A stretch of DNA of 64,000 nucleotides, taken from positions 191,067 through 255,066 of the forward strand of contig JAQUSN010000001.1 in NCBI GenBank assembly GCA_028715115.1. The letters run 5' to 3'. Positions within the stretch are counted from its first letter, which is position 1. Every line of letters starts with the position of its first letter. The DNA is from Patescibacteria group bacterium. Lineage in GTDB: Bacteria; Patescibacteriota; Patescibacteriia; UBA2591; UBA4787. Below the pieces are notes generated by a model. It worked only from the letters and a program-made list of their open reading frames with translations, was not told the DNA's origin and made no database searches. This document shows, piece after piece, positions 49,747-58,062 of the stretch. A program made the translations under genes and the position numbers.

Positions 49747-50128
49747 GAGCACTCCTTTGTCTTTATTATTTCATATTTTTTTGAATTTGTCAATGGTTAT
49801 AATTTTATAATTTATAAGCAAAAGCGGCATTTTTTGTAAATAAAGCGGGGGCGGAGAGCCCGCCCCCTTGGGTTCAAACGTGATCTTGGCCGGACGACTT
49901 CTTCTAGGCCGTATTCACGCTTGACGCCCTGAACCGATTTACCATGTATCCTCCATTGGCCTCGAAGAGGCCACTTTGGTACTGGATGGCCCTTGAGCCC
50001 GCAATTGGACAGATCGTCCTTAATTGAAGGGCTCATCAACCATCAGCTTTATTATAATATCACATTCAGTTTCGTCAACATCTTAGCTTGCAATAAAGTA
50101 ATGTTTTGTTAAAATATAAATTAATTAT

Positions 50129-50674
50129 ATGTCTAAAAAAATTATTTTACTCGTTGCTTTAGAAGAAGAATTCCCCAAAAAATTAGTTCCTAAGGGAGTT
50201 AACGTTTATTATACTCATTGCGGCAAGGTTAATGTAGCCATTGCGGCAACAAGGGCATTAAGCAAGATAAAAAGCAAAAATGTTTTAGTCGTTAATTATG
50301 GCACGGCCGGCTCGGCCAAACATAAAATAGGCGCACTCTTAAAGGTGACGCAATTCAGACAGGCGGATATTGATGCCAGTGGCCTTGGTTTTCCTAAAGG
50401 AGTGACGCCGCTCGATAAAAAGTTTTTTAAATTTAATACGGAAAAAATTAATTTTGGTCCTGGCGAGACTTGTTATACGGCCGATAATTTGCAAAATTTT
50501 CCGTTAGAAGATATGGAGTCATACTCGATTGCCAAAGTTTGTAAAATCTACGGCTTGAAATTTGTCAGCTATAAATTTATTACTAATAATTTTAATAAAA
50601 ATGCGGCTGCTGATTGGAAAAATAACGTTAAGAAAGGAGCTAAAATATTTTTAGATAAACTTTTAAAGTTATAA
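50129..50674 (+). CDS. MTA/SAH nucleosidase-like protein (PNP_UDP_1 family, minimal)
   Basis: VALEEE, CGKVNVA, NYGTAG, DMESYSIAKVC. Confidence 0.85.
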   Translation: MSKKIILLVALEEEFPKKLVPKGVNVYYTHCGKVNVAIAATRALSKIKSKNVLVVNYGTAGSAKHKIGALLKVTQFRQADIDASGLGFPKGVTPLDKKFFKFNTEKINFGPGETCYTADNLQNFPLEDMESYSIAKVCKIYGLKFVSYKFITNNFNKNAAADWKNNVKKGAKIFLDKLLKL

Positions 50675-50777
50675 TTATAAAAATACGATATTTAAAATTG
50701 AAAAGACGAGTTTTAAGCCCGTCTTTTTGATTAAGAAAAACGCTGACCCGAGAGAGCCAGCGTCGAGGCTGAGTCCG

Positions 50778-50936
50778 CTATGATTGTGTCATTATCGGCT
50801 TGTAGGCGTCGTGGATTTTGGAGCACGCCCAGTCGGTGAGAGAACTTGGCGTATAGAATACTCCATTGTCCTGGACGACCCGAATCATTGGCTTTTCATA
50901 GGGCTTCCTCTTCCTGAGTGGCAATGTACGTGACAT
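50778..50936 (-). CDS. GC-rich orphan 52-aa peptide (below the track cutoff)
   Basis: AAGGAGG-cggca-ATG; MSRTLPLRKRKPYEKPMIRVVQDNGVFYTPSSLTDWACSKIHDAYKPIMTQS; TTGACA at about 51000. Confidence 0.65.
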   Translation of the reverse strand: MSRTLPLRKRKPYEKPMIRVVQDNGVFYTPSSLTDWACSKIHDAYKPIMTQS

Positions 50937-51080
50937 TGCCGCCTCCTTTCCGAGGGATTAAACCTCATTATTATTTTAAAATTAATTTTATTTTTGTCAA
51001 CTCCACAAAATTTTAAAAAGTAAAAGGCTGTTGTTGATATTATCTCCAACAGCCCGTAGCACGAGCAGCTCGTCATTAGT

Positions 51081-51332
51081 CTATGCCCGCCTCAGGGCCT
51101 CGCCAGGCCTTAGATATCTTCCTTCGCCGAATCCGACTTCGATCTTTCTTTTGCCTTTGCTGATGGTCGTCACGAGCAGGCGGTGTCCTCGACACTTTGG
51201 GTTAGCCACGGCTCTCATCAGGTATGTGCCGGGAGCAAGCCGACGACTCTTCCCTCATGAAGATCTTCCGGCTGAAAAGTCGAGCACGTCCAGGCACTGG
51301 CTGATTGTTAAGACGAATCTGTCTGGCTTCAT
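51081..51332 (-). pseudogene. GC-rich orphan ORF with one in-frame TGA at codon 26
   Basis: AAGGAGG SD; MKPDRFVLTISQCLDVLDFSAGRSS*GKSRRLAPGTYLMRAVANPKCRGHRLLVTTISKGKRKIEVGFGEGRYLRPGEALRRA; terminator at 51026-51054. Confidence 0.6.
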
Positions 51333-51445
51333 GAAGCCTCCTTATGTTTTATTTTATTCTTATTTCCAAAAATGAAAAGGGCCTCAAATAAAATTATATC
51401 GGGCGGGAGCTGTGTGCTCCCGCCCGAAAGTTGTAGACTAGCTCA

Positions 51446-51754
51446 TCAGTACCAGGTGGGCCCTGGACGGAAGGCGATCTGTTCTATCCGCTGCTGTCGT
51501 TTTATTCTTTCGACTTCAGCGGCAGCGGCTACTCGCCGATTGGCACGCCATCTCCTCTTCCTGGCGGTTCTCAGAGTGTTCAGGCCCTTGTCTGCGGCCT
51601 TGGACCTTGAGTGTCTTCCTCCGGCGGGCCGTAACATGGTCACGACCTTGTCTTCTCTCGCCCCACACGTCGAACATGCGTTCGGCAACGATCCTTTGCC
51701 TGAGAAGGTCTTGGTGGTGCCGCAGTTTGTGCAGCGCTGAGTGTATCTTGCCAT
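51446..51754 (-). CDS. GC-rich orphan: zinc ribbon plus Arg-rich tail
   Basis: CTNCG..CSTCG; AGGAG SD; TTGACA at about 51847; hairpin cgggcgggagc..gctcccgcccg at about 51400-51426. Confidence 0.75.
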   Translation of the reverse strand: MARYTQRCTNCGTTKTFSGKGSLPNACSTCGAREDKVVTMLRPAGGRHSRSKAADKGLNTLRTARKRRWRANRRVAAAAEVERIKRQQRIEQIAFRPGPTWY

Positions 51755-51892
51755 CAGTACTCCTGTTTAGGTAATAGAATTCGAGAAATACGACCAGCCC
51801 CTCCATACAGATATAGTTATTATCTCAAAATTTTATCATTTTGTCAAGGCGGTATTTTTGACTTTTTTTTCCACCGGATTAAAATAAAAAGC

Positions 51893-53017
51893 ATGAAAGC
51901 GTTTTTTAAAAGAATAACCAAAAGATATCATAGCCCTGATTATTTATTTATAATTTTATTGGGTTTGGTTTTGGTTTTGGGGTTAATATTTTTAACTTCG
52001 GCCAGCGGCGTGGTTGGTTTAAGGCGATTCGGTAGCACCATTTATTTTTTACAACACCAGATTTTAATGGGCCTTATTCCCGGCTTGATACTTCTGGTGA
52101 TTTTTTCTTTTGTTGATTATCGTTTTTGGCGTAAGTGGGCCACGGTAATTTTTATTTTGAGTTTGATTTTAATGGCCTTAACCTTTGTCTCCGGCGTGGG
52201 CTTGGCCCACGGCGAAGCGCGGCGCTGGATTTCTATTTTTGGTATCGGCTTCCAACCGGCGGAAATTTTGAAGCTATCTTTTATTATTTATTTAGCCGCC
52301 TTTTTCGACAGCCGCCAGAAAAAGATAAAAACCTGGACCGGATCTTTTTTACCGCTAGTTATCATTTTGGGAATTGCGTGCGCTTTAGTTATGGCGCAAA
52401 AAGACATGGGCACGATGATGGTGATTTTTATGATCGCCATTAGTATTTATTTTCTGGTTGGCGGCAATTTATTGCACATGCTGGTTTTATTTGGCGGCGC
52501 TGTTTCCATATTTTTCGTTTTAATTAAAGCTGCGCCTTATCGCATGGCGCGCTTTATTACTTTTCTTTACCCGCAAATGGATCCGCTTGGCGTGGGTTAT
52601 CATATTAATCAGGCGCTTATCGCTATCGGTTCGGGCGGAATTTTCGGTTTGGGCCTAGGTCATTCGCGCCAAAAATTTTTATACCTGCCGGAATCTTACG
52701 GCGATTCTATTTTTGCCGTCATTGGCGAGGAGCTGGGATTTTTAACGACGATTTTAGTACTTTGTCTTTTTGTTGCCGTGGCTTTGCGCGGGTTAAAAAT
52801 AGCCAAAGCCGCGCCGGATTTTTTTGGCCAGATTTTGGGCGGCGGAATTTTATGTTGGTTTATTTTTCAAGCCATGATCAATATAGGCGCCATGTTGCAT
52901 CTTTTTCCATTAACCGGTATACCTATGCCGCTGGTTAGTTATGGCGGCACGGCCATGATGGTGCTTTTGGCGGCCTTTGGAATTTTGATTAATATCTCGC
53001 GCCAAGCCAGGGAATAA
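51893..53017 (+). CDS. ftsW: peptidoglycan glycosyltransferase FtsW
   Basis: ARRWI..FQPAEILK, AIGSGG, YLPE..DSIFAVIGEELG, PLTGIPMPLVSYGG. Confidence 0.95.
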   Translation: MKAFFKRITKRYHSPDYLFIILLGLVLVLGLIFLTSASGVVGLRRFGSTIYFLQHQILMGLIPGLILLVIFSFVDYRFWRKWATVIFILSLILMALTFVSGVGLAHGEARRWISIFGIGFQPAEILKLSFIIYLAAFFDSRQKKIKTWTGSFLPLVIILGIACALVMAQKDMGTMMVIFMIAISIYFLVGGNLLHMLVLFGGAVSIFFVLIKAAPYRMARFITFLYPQMDPLGVGYHINQALIAIGSGGIFGLGLGHSRQKFLYLPESYGDSIFAVIGEELGFLTTILVLCLFVAVALRGLKIAKAAPDFFGQILGGGILCWFIFQAMINIGAMLHLFPLTGIPMPLVSYGGTAMMVLLAAFGILINISRQARE

Positions 53018-53069
53018 GGGGCTTGACATTTTTCAAAATAAAGTAATAATATATCTGATTGGAGGTAAT

Positions 53070-53423
53070 GTGAATACATCTCGATTCAGAAAGCTGTTGG
53101 TTGGGGTCTGCGATAAGCTCGACCTACTGCCTCACGAATATCCGGACGTTGACGTGAGTTGTTGCCGCGGTCAAATTTCGGTACAGCTTACGGTGACGGA
53201 GCCGGACGACCGTTATCCAGGAGATGAGTTGGTGGTGCTTGACCCTGCTCGGCGAGCCGACGCTCCTGCTTACAGATTCTTTCGCGGTCACGGCGGCGAG
53301 GTACTCGGCTCGTTTATAAGAGCGGTGAGAGCGGCAACTCCGGGTGGCGTTCGAGTCCAGATTAAGGCGCGCTATGCGCGGCTGGGGGTCAGCTTAACCC
53401 GAAGATGCGTCGTTCAGTCCTGA
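53070..53423 (+). CDS. GC-rich orphan protein
   Basis: TTGACA at 53023, GGAGGT-aat-GTG start, hairpin aggcgaac-aaccg-gttcgcct plus T tract at about 53446-53476. Confidence 0.7.
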   Translation: MNTSRFRKLLVGVCDKLDLLPHEYPDVDVSCCRGQISVQLTVTEPDDRYPGDELVVLDPARRADAPAYRFFRGHGGEVLGSFIRAVRAATPGGVRVQIKARYARLGVSLTRRCVVQS

Positions 53424-53499
53424 TCCAACAGAAGATCGAACGAAGAGGCGAACAACCGGTTCGCCTTTTCTTTTTCTATAAAAATGCTAAAATAGACTC

Positions 53500-54750
53500 A
53501 TGATTGTTCTCTCTTTGGTTTTAGCTGCAGTATTTTTATTAGCTACAATCCGCTGGCCCAGAGTCGCTCTTTTTTCGTTGCTTTTATTTTTACCGGCCTA
53601 TCAAATTAGGGTTGATTTTTTGGGTTTACCCACTACTGCCTTAGAGGTAATGATTTTGGCGTTTTATTTTGGCGTATTGATTGGTAATTTTAAAACATTC
53701 GGACAAATCAAAAAAATTTTTAGCGGTTGGTTGTGGGTGATTCCGGCTTGGCTCGGAGTTGGTTTTATCGCCGCTTTGGTTTCGCCTAATTTTACTCTTG
53801 GTCTGGGACATTGGCGGGCTTATTTTGTCGGACCGATTTTAGTTTTAATGGCTGTCGTTATTTTAATTCGGCGAGACGAAAAGTTAAAAGAATTAATTAT
53901 TCCGACCTTGGCTTTTTCGGCCTTGATTTGCGCTCTCTGGGCCGTGGCCCAGAAATTTTTCGGCGGCGGAGTAATGAGCACCGAAGTTTGGGGTGCGGCG
54001 AAAGTTTGGCGCGCGACCGGGCCGTTTCCGCAACCTAATTTTTTGGGATTATATTTAGCGCCCATTGCGGTTCTGGCTTTCGGGCAATTCATTATTTTAG
54101 TAAAAAAAATTGATAAAAAAATAATTTTTTATCTCGCGGTTTATGTTTTTTCTATCATCGCTCTACTCTTGGCTCGCAGTGAAGGCGGCCTCTTAGCCCT
54201 AGTCTTTGGTACGATTTTTTTATTAATACTTTATCGGCCCAGCAGAAGGGCGACGATAATTATTTTGATAATTTTATTTATTTTACTTGCTTTAATCCCA
54301 ACCTCTCGCCAGTATTTCGTTCAAAAAGCTTCGTTTAACGGCTTGTCAGAACAACTACGTTTAAATATTTGGCATGGCGCTGCCGATTTAATTAAAGCGC
54401 ATCCAATTTTTGGCGTTGGTTTGCGTGGTTATCAGCAATTAATTTCTCATTATCAAAAGCCGTATTATCAACCCGGGACCGATAAGGTTATTTCCGTTGA
54501 GACTCATCCTTATCCGCATAATTTATTTTTAGCGCTGTGGGCTGAAGCCGGCCTCTTGGGACTTATTGTTTTTTCGTTGATTGTTATTAAATTTTTCATT
54601 CAGGGTTTTAAGAAAAAATCAGTCTTTCATTTGACGCTTTTAGCGGCAATGTCGGCAATAATTATTCATGGCCTGGTTGACACTCCTTATTTTAAAAATG
54701 ATTTATCAGTTTTATTTTGGTTTTTAATCTCAATGATGATTTGTTTCTAA
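53500..54750 (+). CDS. O-antigen ligase family membrane protein
   Basis: RATGPFPQPN, RLNIW..HPIFGVG, PHNLFL..WAEAGLLG. Confidence 0.9.
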   Translation: MIVLSLVLAAVFLLATIRWPRVALFSLLLFLPAYQIRVDFLGLPTTALEVMILAFYFGVLIGNFKTFGQIKKIFSGWLWVIPAWLGVGFIAALVSPNFTLGLGHWRAYFVGPILVLMAVVILIRRDEKLKELIIPTLAFSALICALWAVAQKFFGGGVMSTEVWGAAKVWRATGPFPQPNFLGLYLAPIAVLAFGQFIILVKKIDKKIIFYLAVYVFSIIALLLARSEGGLLALVFGTIFLLILYRPSRRATIIILIILFILLALIPTSRQYFVQKASFNGLSEQLRLNIWHGAADLIKAHPIFGVGLRGYQQLISHYQKPYYQPGTDKVISVETHPYPHNLFLALWAEAGLLGLIVFSLIVIKFFIQGFKKKSVFHLTLLAAMSAIIIHGLVDTPYFKNDLSVLFWFLISMMICF

Positions 54751-54813
54751 AAACAAAGACCTCTGCTCGGGGATAAAACCCAAGACAGAGGTGGGGGTCA
54801 AGGAGTCGGGGAA

Positions 54814-55020
54814 CTATGCAGCACTCAGCCTTTCGCGCAGTTCGTCGGCTTTGGATTTGAACCACTTCGACCCTGTTAGCCAGGCCAGTGCCGCCAGGAT
54901 TGCCCACCAGAGGTATGCGGCGATGACTACGACCAGGCTGAGAACCATGACCATGAGGAATACTACAAGGAACGATGACCATGGCGTTGTTCGCTGCTGT
55001 GTGCGATAGGTTGTTGTCAT
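54814..55020 (-). CDS. GC-rich orphan small membrane protein
   Basis: GGAGG-ctac-ATG; TTGACAataaggcttaaaaatgTATAAT at about 55048-55076. Confidence 0.7.
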   Translation of the reverse strand: MTTTYRTQQRTTPWSSFLVVFLMVMVLSLVVVIAAYLWWAILAALAWLTGSKWFKSKADELRERLSAA

Positions 55021-55086
55021 GTAGCCTCCATTACTTTACATTTTTATAATTATACATTTTTAAGCCTTATTGTCAAGATTGTCTTA

Positions 55087-55148
55087 TCCGCCAGCTGGCG
55101 GACTATAGGGTGGCTGAGTGCCTGTCCGCCAACCGGCGGAGTCGAAGC
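55087..55148. repeat. cluster of tccgcc-nnnn-ggcgga palindromes nested in a ctgag..gtcgaag element
   Basis: tccgccagctggcgga (55087-55102), tccgccaaccggcgga (55125-55140); near copy ttatccgttcgctggcggact at 14064-14084. Confidence 0.75.
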
Positions 55149-55183
55149 TGTTTTATAACAAAATGAAGTGACCTTACTAGGGC

Positions 55184-55270
55184 GGAGGGGTGCTAGAGTG
55201 GACGAATAGGTCGGTCTCGAAAACCGATATACCTGCAAAGGTATCGCGAGTTCGAATCTCGCCCCCTCCG
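55184..55270 (+). tRNA. tRNA-Ser(CGA)
   Basis: ggaggggtgctagagtggacgaatagg-tcggt-ctCGAaa-accga, long variable arm, ..gagttcgaatctcgccccctccg. Confidence 0.94.
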
Positions 55271-55314
55271 TTTTGGTAGGGTTTTCCGCGTCATTTGATG
55301 CGGCACCCTATTGG

Positions 55315-55444
55315 TCGCGAGTTCTGAGCCCTAGGCTCATCTCAGCCCAAGGCTGATGAGCCTAGGGCTCACGCCTCGGGCGGAGAATCCCTGCCTACCG
55401 CCTGCCTAACGGCAGTCAGGGCAGGCAGGTCGCCCCCACCGCCA
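55315..55444 (+). pseudogene. duplicated tRNA-Ser 3' end interrupted by two palindromic insertions
   Basis: tcgcgagttc[60 nt]gaatc[40 nt]tcgcccccaccgcca; removing the inserts restores the T arm, acceptor strand and CCA. Confidence 0.85.
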
Positions 55445-55451
55445 GAAAATT

Positions 55452-56465
55452 ATGAGTAAAAAAATAAAATTCAATTTACCCCTAGTTAATACGCATGGCC
55501 ATGCGGCTATGCTTGCTTTTCGGGGAATGGCAGAAGACGTGCCTTTAGATGTTTGGTTAAATAATTATATTTGGCCGGCGGAAAAAAACATCACGCCTCA
55601 ATTTATTTATAAATATACGGACTTAGCTATTAAAGAAATGAAGAGCAACGGCATTAAATTATTCTGTGATATGTATTTTTTTGCCGAAGAAGTGGCTCGC
55701 GCGGCAGAAAAAAATAAAATGCCGGCGGTTATCGGCGAAGGAATTTTAGATTTTCCCACCCCCAGCGCCAAAACAGCGGAAGAGGCGTTGCTGAAAACAG
55801 AAAAGCTATTACAGCAGTATAAAAATCATTCTTTTATTAAAGTCTCCGTGGCGCCGCACTCGATTTATACGGTTAGCAAGGACAACCTACTTAAGGCTAA
55901 AGAATTGGCAAAAAAATACAACGCTTTATATCAGATTCATTGCGCTGAAACAAAAAAAGAAGTTGATGAATGTTTGGTAAAAAATAATTTGACCCCTGTC
56001 GCTTATTTAGATAAACTTGGTGTGTTAGATGATAAGACGCTTTTAGCACATTGTGTTTGGCTGACCGATGAAGATATAGAGATTATTGCCAAGCGAAAGG
56101 CGAAGGTGTCTCATTGTCCTTTAAGTAATTTAAAACTTGGTTCTGGCATTGCTTCAGTTAATAAAATGTTAGCTAGGGGCATCGCGGTGTCGCTAGGAAC
56201 TGATGGAGCGGCTAGTTCTAATCGTTTAGATGTTTGGGAGGCAGGAAAGTATACGGTGTTGTTACAAAAGGGCATTAATTATGATCCGGCAATTCTTACC
56301 GCTCGGCAAGCCATAGAAATGATGACCATAAACGGATTAAAATCCTTGGGCTTTGATGTTTTTTTAAATAAAACCATTGAATCTTGGCAACAAAAAATTA
56401 AAGAAAACAAAGATTATAGCTTTTTATATGATCGTCAGGTTAATGAATTGAATTTTGAGATTTAA
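55452..56465 (+). CDS. amidohydrolase, MTA/SAH deaminase-like (short)
   Basis: NTHGHAAM, APHSIY, IHCAET, HCPLSNLKLGSG, GTDGAASSN. Confidence 0.88.
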   Translation: MSKKIKFNLPLVNTHGHAAMLAFRGMAEDVPLDVWLNNYIWPAEKNITPQFIYKYTDLAIKEMKSNGIKLFCDMYFFAEEVARAAEKNKMPAVIGEGILDFPTPSAKTAEEALLKTEKLLQQYKNHSFIKVSVAPHSIYTVSKDNLLKAKELAKKYNALYQIHCAETKKEVDECLVKNNLTPVAYLDKLGVLDDKTLLAHCVWLTDEDIEIIAKRKAKVSHCPLSNLKLGSGIASVNKMLARGIAVSLGTDGAASSNRLDVWEAGKYTVLLQKGINYDPAILTARQAIEMMTINGLKSLGFDVFLNKTIESWQQKIKENKDYSFLYDRQVNELNFEI

Positions 56466-56681
56466 GCCAGATTCTTTGTCCATATCATATTTATTATAAA
56501 ATAAAGCCTAAAATGGGTCGAAATTAGGGCACTGGTAAGGTTGTTGTGGTTGGGGGTTGACAAATTATTACATTAGTGTATAATTAAAATATTGTAAGTG
56601 TTCTCAGTTGACAAGTTATTTAATCATAATCATCAACGAGATAGGTCGTCTTACAATGTTAATTTCATTATCTTATTCATT

Positions 56682-56990
56682 ATGGCTAAGAAGTTATATG
56701 TCGGCGGTATTCCTTATAGTACTACCGATGACGGATTGAAAGACACTTTTTCTCGTGCCGGTAAAGTTGAATCAGCTACTGTGGTCATGGATCGCATGAC
56801 CGGTCGCTCTCGAGGTTTCGCCTTCGTAGAAATGTCTACGGACGAAGAAGCTAAGGCTGCTGTTGAAATGTTCAATGGCAAAGATTTCGAGGGTCGAACC
56901 ATCACTGTCAATGAAGCGAGACCGATGGGCGAACGCCCTCCTCGCCGCATGGGCGGATTCAACCGCAACCAGGGCTTTGATAACAACTAG
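56682..56990 (+). CDS. RRM RNA-binding protein
   Basis: KLYVGGI, RSRGFAFVEM (RNP1), TVNEARP. Confidence 0.95.
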   Translation: MAKKLYVGGIPYSTTDDGLKDTFSRAGKVESATVVMDRMTGRSRGFAFVEMSTDEEAKAAVEMFNGKDFEGRTITVNEARPMGERPPRRMGGFNRNQGFDNN

Positions 56991-57064
56991 TTGTTAGTCA
57001 AACATTAAAAGCAGAAGTTTCGACTCCTGCTTTTAATTTATCTTAAAAATGTTAGAATTAATTC

Positions 57065-57682
57065 ATGCGCATTACCGAAATTAAAAAACAAAAAAGAGGC
57101 AATCGAGCCAATGTTTATTTAGATGGGCGCTTTGGTTTTGGGGCAACTGCCAACGCCTTGGTTGATTTTGATCTTTTTGTTAATAAAGAATTAAGTCAGT
57201 CGGAAGTAAACGTAATAATAAAAAAAGATCAGGCTGCCAAGGCCATGCAAAAGTGTTTTTTGTGGCTGGGAATTAGACCTCGCAGCGAAAAAGAGTTAAG
57301 AGATAAATTAAAAGAAAAAAAGTTTGACCCACAAATTGTTAATCAAACCATAAAACAAATTGAAGAATTGGGTTATTTGAACGATAAAGAATTTACCAGA
57401 ATGTTTATTGAGATGAAAAAGAGCAAGGGCAAGATTTTTATTCAGCAGGAATTGCGCCGCAAGGGAATAGAGCAAAAAATAATCAAAGATGCCCTGGAAA
57501 ATTATTATCCCCTTGAAGAAGAAATAGAATCGGCCCTGCGTTTGGCCGAAAGAAAAATAAAATCTTACAAAAACTTACCGAATTATAAAATTAAACAAAA
57601 ATTAGCTCAATATTTGGCCGGACGCGGTTTTAATTGGGGAGTTGTTAGCCAAGTTTTCGAAAAATTAAAATCATCGCGCTAG
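57065..57682 (+). CDS. recX: regulatory protein RecX
   Basis: RPRSEKELRDKL, LGYLNDKEF, QELRRKGI, YLAGRGF. Confidence 0.9.
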   Translation: MRITEIKKQKRGNRANVYLDGRFGFGATANALVDFDLFVNKELSQSEVNVIIKKDQAAKAMQKCFLWLGIRPRSEKELRDKLKEKKFDPQIVNQTIKQIEELGYLNDKEFTRMFIEMKKSKGKIFIQQELRRKGIEQKIIKDALENYYPLEEEIESALRLAERKIKSYKNLPNYKIKQKLAQYLAGRGFNWGVVSQVFEKLKSSR

Positions 57683-57730
57683 CCAGCCTTTCTTTATTTT
57701 TTAAATTTGTTATAATTTTATTATAAATAT

Positions 57731-57802
57731 GGCCTGGTAGCCAAGTAGTAAGGCAACAGTCTGCAAAACTGTTATACAGGGGTGCAAATCCCCTCCAGGC
57801 CT
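57731..57802 (+). tRNA. tRNA-Cys(GCA)
   Basis: ggcctggtagccaagtagtaaggca-acagt-ctGCAaa-actgt..ccaggcct; U discriminator. Confidence 0.93.
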
Positions 57803-58062
57803 AAAATTAAAAATTGTTTCTTGCAAACACTTTTTTTTATTCTAAAAAATGATAGAATTGGCTTATGCCAGTTGGTAGAAGTTTGGCATTACTTGAGCTT
57901 ATCTATAATTAAGGATTATTAACACTTTCTAATCGCATTTTAGTTAAATTAAGATGCCAGATTATCTAATTAATTTTTGATAATATATATTCTAATTAAA
58001 TTATAATCAATTCACGCGATGTCTAATATGTTGGCATCTTTGTGAAGTTATTGTTACTGGGG

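Noticed and set aside
51255-51257. Genome-wide UGA recoding (code 4/25) or selenocysteine
   Set aside because: Core genes (nifU, tig, GT4, cmk) terminate at TGA and have no internal TGA; no Sec-type context or obvious SECIS.
51031-51740. Plus-strand ORFs 51031-51375 and 51372-51740
   Set aside because: Antisense to SD-led minus-strand cassettes, and they run across AT-rich promoter/terminator spacers.
47270-51850. Classical integron or prophage
   Set aside because: No tyrosine recombinase, no recognisable attC consensus and no structural phage genes; the hairpins are unrelated in sequence and look like intrinsic terminators.
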